A stretch of 64,000 bases of DNA, taken from Candidatus Poseidoniaceae archaeon (GTDB lineage Archaea > Thermoplasmatota > Poseidoniia > Poseidoniales > Poseidoniaceae). The stretch spans positions 30,050 through 94,049 of the forward strand of contig CALKGM010000005.1 in NCBI GenBank assembly GCA_938084675.1. The letters run 5' to 3'. Both the position numbers and the translations under genes were made by a program. Below, in pieces: positions 1-9,034 of this stretch (position 1 is the first letter of the stretch; the number at the start of each line of letters is the position of its first letter). The notes beneath the pieces are model-generated. The model was given only the letters and a program-made list of their open reading frames with translations. It did no database searches and was not told where the DNA came from.

Positions 1-63
1 CTGTACAGTACAATCCCTCTCGCCCACGTCGCACTTCTTGATTTCGACCCCGTACCGTTTGAA

Positions 64-1833
64 ATGGACCAACAGGATACCATTGAGGGAGATTATTTGG
101 GGACTTGGGGCGATGATGGTTTTGTTACTGCCACCCTTATTCGTGAAGATGTCGGCATGAACGTAACCGTTTCAGCATGGAGCGTATCTTCAGGAATGGA
201 AGAGCCTGTCTGGACGATGACACACAACCATTCTCTCAATGAGCCAGACTCAAGGCTAAGAATGTCAACATCTGACGATGTGCTCACGTTCACCAGTGGC
301 CCTTGGGTTTGGACTGTTGATGCCTTAACAGGCGAACTCATACAATCTTATGCTTGCTTTGAGGTTGATGAAAACGGAATGGAACAGCCCATTACATCAA
401 TGATCACAGGATGTGCGCTTGCCGTCAAAACAAGTGATGCAATGTATTTGTTTAACACAGCATCCGAAGTGGTACGCTACAACACCTTCGAAGAGTATCC
501 AGGGAACCTTACCTATCAAGCCAAATGGTACGTTCCATCCATTGATTTCAACGATGGAATTTTGCATGCAGAACTCCTCAGTGACTCCCTCCTGTTCCTC
601 GCTACGCCCTCAGCCACCGGTGTTCTTCACCTGGACGAATACGGCTCGGTTAACGACCCATTTGCTCCTCAACTTGGTAATGACATACGAATGGCATACC
701 TCCAAAACAGCACCTCCGGATTCACATCAACTGCTGTTGGCATCTCTCCATTTGCAGGCTCAAACGCTTCGTCACTACCCGATGACCAACGAATGCTCAT
801 TCTAGGGGAGGAGAACGGAGATATTACTGGAATTGAATGGAACGGCTCCGCTGTATCCACCGAAGAGTTCGTAATTCAAGATAGGATGATGCTCAATTCC
901 CTGGTCGAAAGTGTATCGTCGGTTCAAATCATTGACTGGGACGCTAACGGTTACTCTGACCTGGTAGTAACTGGAGAAAACAACGCTTACTTCCTTTACG
1001 GCGCCTCTTTGGCGAATGTGGGCTCTTTCCCGGTATCTGCTGATTCCACTTTGACCTTACTCAATGCAGAACCAAACGCAGAACAGTTGGTTTCCCTTAC
1101 ATTGGACGAGACCGACCTTGTAATTGATTTGCAATCGGGGTCATTGGAAGAGGACATGTTTCCCTTAATTGGTCTACAATTGAGAACTGGACCAACCGTG
1201 ATTGGACTAGCAGTAACCGCTATTCTCATGATTTTACTCTATGTCCATAGCGAATGGTATGTCGTCAATACGACTGGCGTCTTGTTGGGTGCTGGTGTTT
1301 GTGCTCTCCTCGGTGTCAGTTTTGAACCGCCGATGGCCATACTCTTCATGATTCTCGCAGCGGTCTACGACGCATGGGCCGTGTACAAATCCAAACACAT
1401 GCTCGACCTTGCAGACACAATGATTGGCCTACGCCTACCGATCCTTCTCGTCGCACCTCAAGATACAAACTACTCATTGATTGAGGAAACTGAAAATACT
1501 CCAACAAAGCGAGTAATCTCTGATAAAGTTCAGACCAAGCGCAAGAAAAAACCCTCAACTGAAGCCATGTTCATGGGTCTTGGAGACATCATTTTCCCAG
1601 GTATGCTCGTTCTTTCAGCCTTACAGTACCTGGACCCAAGTGCAGCAACCCAAGTAGCGATATCCACGCTCATCGGTGGTCTAGTCGGGTATTTCGCTCT
1701 CATGAGCTACGTTGCTCGTGGAAAAGCCCAAGCTGGACTTCCACTCCTTAACGGTGGAGCCATTATGGGCTACTTCATCGGGGGTTTCCTGTTTTTAGGA
1801 AATGAAATCCTTCAATTCAATATCTCGTGGTGA
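64..1833 (+). CDS. Presenilin/signal-peptide-peptidase-like (GxGD, peptidase A22-type) intramembrane aspartyl protease with a ~390-aa N-terminal non-membrane domain; possibly 5'-truncated by the window edge
   Basis: The C-terminal multi-TM core carries the ordered catalytic motifs AAVYDAWAVY (YD, nt 1366-1371), FMGLGDIIFPG (GxGD, nt 1576-1587) and GLPLLNGG (PAL-like, nt 1741-1749). The N-terminal part has an FG-GAP/VCBS-like segment IIDWDANGYSDLVVTGENNAYFLYG. The reading frame is open from nt 1 to the ATG at 64. Confidence 0.6.
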   Translation: MDQQDTIEGDYLGTWGDDGFVTATLIREDVGMNVTVSAWSVSSGMEEPVWTMTHNHSLNEPDSRLRMSTSDDVLTFTSGPWVWTVDALTGELIQSYACFEVDENGMEQPITSMITGCALAVKTSDAMYLFNTASEVVRYNTFEEYPGNLTYQAKWYVPSIDFNDGILHAELLSDSLLFLATPSATGVLHLDEYGSVNDPFAPQLGNDIRMAYLQNSTSGFTSTAVGISPFAGSNASSLPDDQRMLILGEENGDITGIEWNGSAVSTEEFVIQDRMMLNSLVESVSSVQIIDWDANGYSDLVVTGENNAYFLYGASLANVGSFPVSADSTLTLLNAEPNAEQLVSLTLDETDLVIDLQSGSLEEDMFPLIGLQLRTGPTVIGLAVTAILMILLYVHSEWYVVNTTGVLLGAGVCALLGVSFEPPMAILFMILAAVYDAWAVYKSKHMLDLADTMIGLRLPILLVAPQDTNYSLIEETENTPTKRVISDKVQTKRKKKPSTEAMFMGLGDIIFPGMLVLSALQYLDPSAATQVAISTLIGGLVGYFALMSYVARGKAQAGLPLLNGGAIMGYFIGGFLFLGNEILQFNISW

Positions 1834-1838
1834 CCAAC

Positions 1839-3131
1839 ATGTTAGACATGCAACTCTTTCGCGAACATCCAGAACGAATACGAGCGGACCATGCCAAGCG
1901 TGGTATTCCACAGGATAAGATCGACAAGGTCATCCAACTTGACCAAGACTGGCGAAATTCCCTCCACGAAACTGACCAGTTACGCCGTGAAAAGAATGAG
2001 GCTGCCCGAGGTATTGGGGCGGCAAAAAAAGCAGGAGATAATGAGGCCGCTCAAGCCATTCTGGCCCAAGTAGCAGACTTGGGTAGCAAGATCGCTGCAA
2101 TGGAAGCCAAAACCAACGAGGCCATGGCCCTGCGGGACAGTATCAGAATGTCAATTCCCAATATTCTGCACACGGACGTCCCTGAAGGAGCCGATGAATC
2201 CGGCAATACGGTCCACGGTGTTCACGGCACAAAGCCTGAGTTTGATTTTGACGTCAGAACTCACAATGAATTGATCGAAATGAACCGATGGGTCGACCTG
2301 AAGCGGGCTGCAAAAATTACCGGAAGCCGATTCTTTTTCCTCAAAGGAGACCTTGCCCGTCTTGAGTTCGCCCTCCAGCATTATGCTGTAGAATTTTTGC
2401 AGCAACGTGATTTCACCTTTGTTCAGCCTCCTGTGATGATGAACCGTGAAGCCTACGAGGGCGTGACCGACCTCGCTGATTTTGAAACTGTGATGTATGG
2501 GGTGGAGCCAGATAATTTCTACATGATCGCAACCTCAGAACATCCTCTTACAGCCATGTACATGGACGAAACCATTCACGAGGACATGCTCCCACTGCGC
2601 ATGGTTGGTGTTTCATCCTGTTTCCGCAGGGAAGTGGGAAGTCACGGTCAATCTGACCTGGGAATATGGAGAGTTCACCAATTCACAAAAATTGAACAAG
2701 TCATCATCGCAAAGCCCGAAGACTCTTGGGCACTGCATGAAGAACTGCTCAGCAATTGTGTTGATTTGTGGAACAGTTTAGGCATTCATTATGAAATCGT
2801 TAACATCTGCACTGGAGATATGGGTACAGTAGCCGCAAAAAAGTACGATTTGGAGGCATGGATTCCCGGAGCGGACCAGTACAAGGAAATCGTCTCTTGC
2901 TCAAATTGCACCGATTATCAAGCGAACCGATTGTCCATTCGTTACGGTCAACCTGGACATCCGAATCAGCCGATTGCACATACACTCAATTCCACTGCGG
3001 TTGCAACATCACGAGCATTGGTTGCAATCATGGAACAAAATCAACTCGAAGATGGCAGAGTGCGTATTCCAGAGGTCCTCCAACCCTTTATGGGCGGCCA
3101 GACGATATTGGAACCTTGTACATGGGGATGA
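1839..3131 (+). CDS. serS: Seryl-tRNA synthetase
   Basis: ORF 1827..3131 starts at a GTG. The ATG at 1839 gives MLDMQLFREHPERIR, the usual SerRS N-terminus. It is followed by the helical arm and class-II core blocks (TSEHPLTAMY, SSCFRREVGSHGQSDLGIWRVHQFTKIEQ, NSTAVATSRALVAIMEQNQ). Confidence 0.93.
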   Translation: MLDMQLFREHPERIRADHAKRGIPQDKIDKVIQLDQDWRNSLHETDQLRREKNEAARGIGAAKKAGDNEAAQAILAQVADLGSKIAAMEAKTNEAMALRDSIRMSIPNILHTDVPEGADESGNTVHGVHGTKPEFDFDVRTHNELIEMNRWVDLKRAAKITGSRFFFLKGDLARLEFALQHYAVEFLQQRDFTFVQPPVMMNREAYEGVTDLADFETVMYGVEPDNFYMIATSEHPLTAMYMDETIHEDMLPLRMVGVSSCFRREVGSHGQSDLGIWRVHQFTKIEQVIIAKPEDSWALHEELLSNCVDLWNSLGIHYEIVNICTGDMGTVAAKKYDLEAWIPGADQYKEIVSCSNCTDYQANRLSIRYGQPGHPNQPIAHTLNSTAVATSRALVAIMEQNQLEDGRVRIPEVLQPFMGGQTILEPCTWG

Positions 3132-3135
3132 ATCA

Positions 3136-4488
3136 ATGAAACAATCAATTCAGACCTTTTTTGTCCTAACATTGTTCCTTCTTACACCTCTATCGGGTTG
3201 TTTTGGAGAAGATGAACAAGAAAACACCGTTGCTCAATTGAAAATTGATGATACCCAAGCGATGACAGCGCAACGAGGACAATTTTACACATTGTCGGTT
3301 GAAAGTACCGTAGATTGGACCATCAGTCGCTCTCCCGGTGCATTTTTCCAAGATGAATTCGGAGTGCTGAGAGATGATGTGAATTACACCCTCCCTGCAA
3401 CTCAAACCAACATCACAATGCTCATTCTGGATTCAGAACGAGACACTGTAGAACTGAACATTACTGCTGGAGACCAAATATGGAACACGACACTCGTTCT
3501 TGAGGACAGTCAAGAATTGATGTTGGTTGATGGGCGTAGAGCCTATGACACCATTGATATGCTCACCTCTTCATACAACAACCGTTGGTGTGCTTCAGCC
3601 TCAGTTCATGAAGGAGGTGCAGCATACGAGGCAGCTGCTGAAGCAATGGCCGAGAACATGAGAGGAATGGGCTTTGACTTTGTTGAAGTTACGCGATACG
3701 ATGATGACCCCGACCAACTCAACGTGGTTGGCTACAATTGGGGACGCGTCAATCCAGATGAGTACATTGTGGTAGGAGGGCATTTTGACATTGCTTACGT
3801 CTTCACGCCCCCAGGTGGTGGAACCAATGAGGGTGCTAACGATGACACCTCTGGTTCAACTGTATCTTTAGAAATGGCCCAAGCGCTCGCTCAAATGGAA
3901 TTTGACCACACTGTTGTGGCTGGCCTTTGGGCCTGTGAAGAAGAGGGGCTCCTCGGCTCTCTTGCATACGTATCCCACCTGCCAGAGAATGTCTCTGTGA
4001 AGGCCTACATGAATTTTGATATGGTTTCTCTAAATTACCCAATCGTACCCCGAAGTGAACCACTCATCGGGCCAAGTGGAGAACTCTTCTCGGCAACACG
4101 GTACGATTGGAGCATCGATATCGCAGGAGCGAGCGATGAGAACATGAACCGAATGCATGACTGGGTTGGACAAACCATTGAGGACGACCTCGCATACAAG
4201 CCTACAGAAGGGAACCCGATTATGTGGAACATTGCTGAATCCTGTGCCTCTGACCACTGTGCGTTCTTTTCAGAAGGCTATCCAACGTTCAATTTCTTCA
4301 GCCCTGGTGGGGAAATTTCCTTTTGGCAGGAGTGGCACTCTCCTTCAGATACTCTTGAATTTATGACTGCAAAAGCGGGAGGCGAGGAAGAGATGGCGAG
4401 TGGATTCAACAGCCTTGTATGGTCCTCGCTTGACCTGTTTATACGAGTAGATAATGCCGAGGATTTCCACGGCACATGGAAGGAATGA
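3136..4488 (+). CDS. M28-family Zn aminopeptidase, predicted lipoprotein
   Basis: The ORF-track start at 2974 lies inside serS. The in-frame ATG at 3136 gives MKQSIQTFFVLTLFLLTPLSGC (signal peptide plus lipobox LSGC). M28-like metal-ligand blocks are present: VVGGHFD, ANDDTSGS, ACEEEGLLGS, YMNFDM. Confidence 0.75.
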   Translation: MKQSIQTFFVLTLFLLTPLSGCFGEDEQENTVAQLKIDDTQAMTAQRGQFYTLSVESTVDWTISRSPGAFFQDEFGVLRDDVNYTLPATQTNITMLILDSERDTVELNITAGDQIWNTTLVLEDSQELMLVDGRRAYDTIDMLTSSYNNRWCASASVHEGGAAYEAAAEAMAENMRGMGFDFVEVTRYDDDPDQLNVVGYNWGRVNPDEYIVVGGHFDIAYVFTPPGGGTNEGANDDTSGSTVSLEMAQALAQMEFDHTVVAGLWACEEEGLLGSLAYVSHLPENVSVKAYMNFDMVSLNYPIVPRSEPLIGPSGELFSATRYDWSIDIAGASDENMNRMHDWVGQTIEDDLAYKPTEGNPIMWNIAESCASDHCAFFSEGYPTFNFFSPGGEISFWQEWHSPSDTLEFMTAKAGGEEEMASGFNSLVWSSLDLFIRVDNAEDFHGTWKE

Positions 4489-4929
4489 TCATTCCGTAGT
4501 GATTGCAACACGGGTTACAAAGAGCCCAAGCAAGCAACCCAGCGGTGCGACCATCATACTGAGAAACAAGACTGGCATGGAGACAAAAATGGATTGCTTT
4601 GCTTCCATTAGGCGCTCCCATGTCCATCGACCTGCTAGTAAATCAAAGGCAAGGAAGTGAAGCCAACCGATGAGAATGACCTTTTCATCTGAAAACATAT
4701 CAATTACAATTTCAGGAGTCGGCATCTCGCTGCTCAAGGCAAGAAGGATGGATGGAAGATTTGGTATGACTGCTATCGTATAGGCAAGTAAAAGAGGGGC
4801 TAAAAAGAGCCATTCATTGCTCATCATTTGTTTCGTACGTTCATGTTGAGGTGCAAACCACATCATCAACCAAAACGGAAGTATATACAAGCTGGAGAAC
4901 CAAAACAGCGCATCGATTGTTGTCGTCAT
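4489..4929 (-). CDS. ABA4-like / DUF4281-family small membrane protein
   Basis: ORF 4489..5010. The internal ATG at 4929 (MTTTIDALFWF) forms an ATGA start/stop overlap with the upstream gene. About 4 hydrophobic segments. LPFWLMMWFAPQHERTKQMM and MFSDEKVILIGWLHFLAFDLLAGRW resemble, from memory, plant ABA4 LPFYTLMVVAPKAELTKKCM and [25 protein letters not shown]. Confidence 0.6.
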   Translation of the reverse strand: MTTTIDALFWFSSLYILPFWLMMWFAPQHERTKQMMSNEWLFLAPLLLAYTIAVIPNLPSILLALSSEMPTPEIVIDMFSDEKVILIGWLHFLAFDLLAGRWTWERLMEAKQSIFVSMPVLFLSMMVAPLGCLLGLFVTRVAITTE

Positions 4930-5552
4930 TGTATCCCTTCTTGTTGGGTCATGATGTTCAATGCTTCCGTTAAAACAGAGGTGTTGGCCCAATATTTGCT
5001 GGATGTCCATGCTATGCCGCCTTCGCTGTCGATGACTTGCAGGGTGGGCGTTACCGGTTCTCCAAAGGCAGTGAACAGGCCAACATCTGTCATGCGGCCT
5101 GTTTCTCGGTCGATTACTGTGGTTGAAGCGTCAGGGACAAGAACTGGCCATGGAGCATAATGCTCGCTTGAGTTGCTACCGTAGCGGCGTTCCACATCTT
5201 CACTCGTCTCAAACTCAGGATAACGATGTACGGAGATAATCGTGGTCGTGTTTGAGATGTTTCCGGCGTTAAGTTCGCTTCGTATGAGGTCAGTCCAATC
5301 ATGGCAGCCACTGCAACCTGACGCAACCCAAAGCATGAGAATTGGTCCGTCAAAACTGTTCCGTAAATCGTGCTGGCTTCCCAAATCTTCTACCCGGTCC
5401 AATGTTGGGGCGCTAAACGATATTTTTGAGGGAATGGGAGTTGATTCTGTCGACTCATTGGACGCCATTGCATCTGCTTCCATGGGTGCCGTACAACCCG
5501 CAAGAACAAGAATGCTAATCACACACAAAACAAGGACTACGATGTTCTTCAT
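4926..5552 (-). CDS. Thioredoxin-fold thiol:disulfide oxidoreductase (TlpA/ResA-like), predicted lipoprotein
   Basis: ORF 4926..5708. The ATG at 5552 gives MKNIVVLVLCVISILVLAGC (lipobox LAGC). CxxC active-site context: LMLWVASGCSGCHDW. Confidence 0.6.
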   Translation of the reverse strand: MKNIVVLVLCVISILVLAGCTAPMEADAMASNESTESTPIPSKISFSAPTLDRVEDLGSQHDLRNSFDGPILMLWVASGCSGCHDWTDLIRSELNAGNISNTTTIISVHRYPEFETSEDVERRYGSNSSEHYAPWPVLVPDASTTVIDRETGRMTDVGLFTAFGEPVTPTLQVIDSEGGIAWTSSKYWANTSVLTEALNIMTQQEGIQ

Positions 5553-5590
5553 GGTGCAGGTTTGGTCCTTGACTATTTGAAGCGGTGTTC

Positions 5591-6133
5591 TCACCAGGGA
5601 AACATAAGTACCCAATAGATAGCATCCCAAAAGGTACATTGAATCGAGAGCATGACAGAACCGATGACAACACGGTTGGCATGAGGCAGACTCTCTCGGG
5701 AAGACCAAGCAAGGACTCCAAATCCAACAGAGGCAATACCCGCAGTCACCAAAAGACCGATCGTAACAACCGTCAACAGGAGGCTCGGCCCTTCAAGGTG
5801 CATACGAGTTGCATCTATCCAGAGCATGGACGGAATGAGAAACGCTGCGTAGAGAAGGAGCAATCTCTGTGTTCCTTTTCCGTCTTGTTCACGTCCTGGC
5901 CATTGTAGCGTGGCCACTTCGTCTTCACTCCATCCGAAGAAGAACTGATACCACATCAGCAGATATCCGACCGCTGCAACAAACATCCACGGTACGATGA
6001 ACTGCTGCATTGATGAAGACACGCCCCCCCAGTAATCGAGAGGGTCATTTACTGCATTTACACCACGAATATAGGAAAGTAAGATCAACGGGCCCGTGAA
6101 AAATGAAAACCAAAACACAGTCTTTCTCTTCAT
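5591..6133 (-). CDS. Hypothetical polytopic membrane protein (180 aa), translationally coupled to the RND transporter
   Basis: Long ORF with about 5 hydrophobic segments. Its ATG (6133..6131) overlaps the TGA (6132..6130) of the upstream RND gene as ATGA. I recognise no family. Confidence 0.5.
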   Translation of the reverse strand: MKRKTVFWFSFFTGPLILLSYIRGVNAVNDPLDYWGGVSSSMQQFIVPWMFVAAVGYLLMWYQFFFGWSEDEVATLQWPGREQDGKGTQRLLLLYAAFLIPSMLWIDATRMHLEGPSLLLTVVTIGLLVTAGIASVGFGVLAWSSRESLPHANRVVIGSVMLSIQCTFWDAIYWVLMFPW

Positions 6134-8919
6134 TCCTCACTTCCTCCGTGGTTTTGTGCTGAAAGTGCGGCTGTTCGACGGAGGAAGGGGCTGTAGAGGG
6201 CCGGAAGGATGAGCAAACTCGAAAGCAAAGCAAGCGTGATGGCGACCACGAAAGCTTGTCCAAACAAACGCAGAGGCAGAAGTGCGGACAAATTCAGCAC
6301 TGCAAATCCTCCTGCAGTCGTCAATGCAGCCCCACCCATGGCACGCCCTGTTGTCGCGGTTGACCGAGCAACCCATTCGTGTGGGGTGCCGAACGGTGAA
6401 TGTTCCGCCTCTTCTTCTAACCGAGTCGTGAAGTGAACGGCATAATCAACACCAAGACCCAGAGATAACGCTCCTATGGTTACGGTTTGGGAATTGATAT
6501 TGTAGCCGGTATAGCCCATCAATCCATACACCCAAACAACGACCATCATCAATGGAATCCAAGAAACAAAACCTCGTTGCATACCTTCTTTGAGGTTCTT
6601 CTGATTCCGAATCGTATGAATCCCAGTCAACATGAGAAGAATGACTACTGCAACAATTGCTGTGGATTGAATTGAAGCATTGGCTACATCAGAAGTGGTT
6701 TGTGCATTGATGAGGCTCCGTCCGCTCAGGCGCAGTGTGAAACTTTCATCGATTTCATCTGACATGACAACGATGGCTGCTTCCATTCGTTCAGCAAAGG
6801 CTACGGTTGCAGCCCAGTCCAAGGTTTCTGCTTGGAACGAAATGACGGTTTGGGCACCGTCGCGGGCGAGAAGACTCTTTGTCATTTCAATGCCCGTTGT
6901 ATTTTCTAGCGCCCAAGTTTCGAGAGCCTGCCATGCGTTATCGTTACCATCATCAATTGACGTGAGGAGGTCATCGAGGCCGCTATCTTGTAATCTTGCT
7001 TGCTCAAGCACGTCCCATAACCCGTTCGGAATGCCGTTAACATCGGGATTGGTACTGAGGTCTGCAGAAGCGACCTGCCAGGCATCCCTACCCGATTCCG
7101 ACATGATGTCACCATCAAGAACGATGTAGAGTGGTGAACGGCTTGTGCCAAATTCATCACTGATTAGAAGGAAATCACCCACGACAGGAACTGAAGTATC
7201 GAGTTGGTCCCGTTGTTCAAAGGCGACTTCCAGCTGTTGGAATCCAAAGAACATCGGTACGAGCAACAATACGGCGATCACTCCGACTAACTTCGGCCGT
7301 TGGGAAAGTGTTGCAATATTATTGCTAATGGGTCCAACCTTCACCTTACTGGCCTTGGTGAGCGGAAGACGCTTTGTGGGTAGAATAAGCATCAATGCTG
7401 GGAGTGCTGATATGCTCAAGAGATAGATGAAGAAGAGACCTATTGCGATGACGGTTCCAAACACTTGCAAAAAGGCAAGGCTAGAAAGGCGGAATGAAAG
7501 GAATCCAACTATGTCGGTAAAGATAGCGATAAGAAGTGCTATCGACGTGAGAATGGTTCCTTGACGTATTGCTTTTTGGCGAATGGCGAAATCGAAATCC
7601 TTCAGGGTTTCACGGCCCATGGGGTTTCTTTGCTCTTCATCGTGAAGTTCCTCGCGGATCCGTAATACGACGTGCAGGCCGTAATCAACCCCAATTGCAA
7701 GCAGCAACACAGGTATGGAATTCATAGCAGCGTTGAACGTCATTGGAACACCGGCGAACTGTAGCCAACCCGACAATCCATAGGTCGCGAGAATCGCTGT
7801 TACTGTAAGACTTAGAACATACATGGTTTCCCGCACACTGCGGAAGTTAAACCAGAGAATAATACCCAAAATAAGCATTGCAGCGCTGGTTAGGATGCCG
7901 ATTTCCTTCCCTACCGTGGCTGATGAATTCTTAGCAAACTGAGCAAATGAAAAGGTACGCAGGTCCTCATCTCCAGTAGTTTCAACAAGACTGCTCTCAA
8001 GGTTTTCCGCCCATTTAGTAAGGTCAGTTTGCACGCTGTCAAGCACATCATACCCATAATCAGCGGGTTCACTGGTTACGACGAGAGTAACAAGAACGGG
8101 ACCATCGCTTACCCATGGTTCGGTTGAATCATCACCTGGTAAGCAAGAAAGTATTCCTGCACGGAAATCAACGCTTTGAAGCCCCATCAGCGGGCCGATT
8201 TGTCCTTGAATCGGTCCGATAACAGCCATAATTTGACCTATTTCAGCAGGCTCACGACCAACCGATGCGCTCTGCAATTGGCCTGTCAGTAATCCAAGTT
8301 CGTCAGAAAGGTTCGCCCCAGAATCAAGACGGGGCAGCCACTCGGCGGGATTTCCTGCATTCCAGTCCACAAGGCGTTGAGGGGTTACTGGCTCGACCGG
8401 AGGAATGTCAAGAGCTGCGTTGGATAGGTTGGAAAGGGCTGCTGTGAGGTTCTCTTGACCTTGAGCGCTGAGAACTGCCACGATGGCTTCTCCAAGCGGC
8501 TCCAACCAGACTGAGGCTGATGATTCATCTTGGAGCATCTGCCATTGCATAGCATTACTCGCTGGACCGTTATTTGCTTGAGTACCAAATAAAGGAAAAT
8601 GGTAGGGTTGGAAATTAGTATCGTTCAGCATCGTTGCTTCAATGGCAGCAAGATGAGTCCATGTGTCTCCCTTGAGAAGATCATTTTCCTCTATCTCATC
8701 AATGACGCGTATGAAGTCAATGTTCGAACGGTATTCATTTTCAACCTCGTTAAGGAGGTCTACACTCGGGTCATCGGGGAAGAAACCATCCTCACTGTTA
8801 TCAAATTGCAGATGCATCGCCCCCGAGGCAAGCAAGAGAACTGCGAGCATGATGGCTCCAAAGGCCTTTTTTGGATGTTCAACACTGACTTCGGTTAACA
8901 TCATGAAAGGATTTCGCAT
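6130..8919 (-). CDS. RND-superfamily / MMPL-type transporter (two 6-TM bundles, two large extracytoplasmic loops)
   Basis: 929 aa. Duplicated architecture, with the MMPL-like motif present twice: AIGVDYGLHVVLRIREE and GLGVDYAVHFTTRLEEE. Each copy is preceded by a long soluble loop and followed by TM clusters. Confidence 0.8.
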   Translation of the reverse strand: MRNPFMMLTEVSVEHPKKAFGAIMLAVLLLASGAMHLQFDNSEDGFFPDDPSVDLLNEVENEYRSNIDFIRVIDEIEENDLLKGDTWTHLAAIEATMLNDTNFQPYHFPLFGTQANNGPASNAMQWQMLQDESSASVWLEPLGEAIVAVLSAQGQENLTAALSNLSNAALDIPPVEPVTPQRLVDWNAGNPAEWLPRLDSGANLSDELGLLTGQLQSASVGREPAEIGQIMAVIGPIQGQIGPLMGLQSVDFRAGILSCLPGDDSTEPWVSDGPVLVTLVVTSEPADYGYDVLDSVQTDLTKWAENLESSLVETTGDEDLRTFSFAQFAKNSSATVGKEIGILTSAAMLILGIILWFNFRSVRETMYVLSLTVTAILATYGLSGWLQFAGVPMTFNAAMNSIPVLLLAIGVDYGLHVVLRIREELHDEEQRNPMGRETLKDFDFAIRQKAIRQGTILTSIALLIAIFTDIVGFLSFRLSSLAFLQVFGTVIAIGLFFIYLLSISALPALMLILPTKRLPLTKASKVKVGPISNNIATLSQRPKLVGVIAVLLLVPMFFGFQQLEVAFEQRDQLDTSVPVVGDFLLISDEFGTSRSPLYIVLDGDIMSESGRDAWQVASADLSTNPDVNGIPNGLWDVLEQARLQDSGLDDLLTSIDDGNDNAWQALETWALENTTGIEMTKSLLARDGAQTVISFQAETLDWAATVAFAERMEAAIVVMSDEIDESFTLRLSGRSLINAQTTSDVANASIQSTAIVAVVILLMLTGIHTIRNQKNLKEGMQRGFVSWIPLMMVVVWVYGLMGYTGYNINSQTVTIGALSLGLGVDYAVHFTTRLEEEAEHSPFGTPHEWVARSTATTGRAMGGAALTTAGGFAVLNLSALLPLRLFGQAFVVAITLALLSSLLILPALYSPFLRRTAALSAQNHGGSEE

Positions 8920-9034
8920 GTTTTTCGCACATCTTCTTTCCTTATAACCGCCTGTTTAGAACTCTCTTGGATTTCCTGAATTCCAAGTCGATGTCATGCT
9001 GTGGGTTGAAATATCCTAGACTGATTGTGAGGTT

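Noticed and set aside
2974-3135. N-terminal extensions offered by the ORF track (2974-3135 for the M28 peptidase; 20665-20835 for GGR; 20602-20700 for ubiD; 5553-5708 for the Trx lipoprotein; 51915-51995 for korA; 53112-53207 for acnA)
   Set aside because: Each extension overlaps the neighbouring gene or lacks similarity to it. An internal ATG yields the family-typical N-terminus (signal peptide/lipobox, GxGxxG, or a conserved first block).
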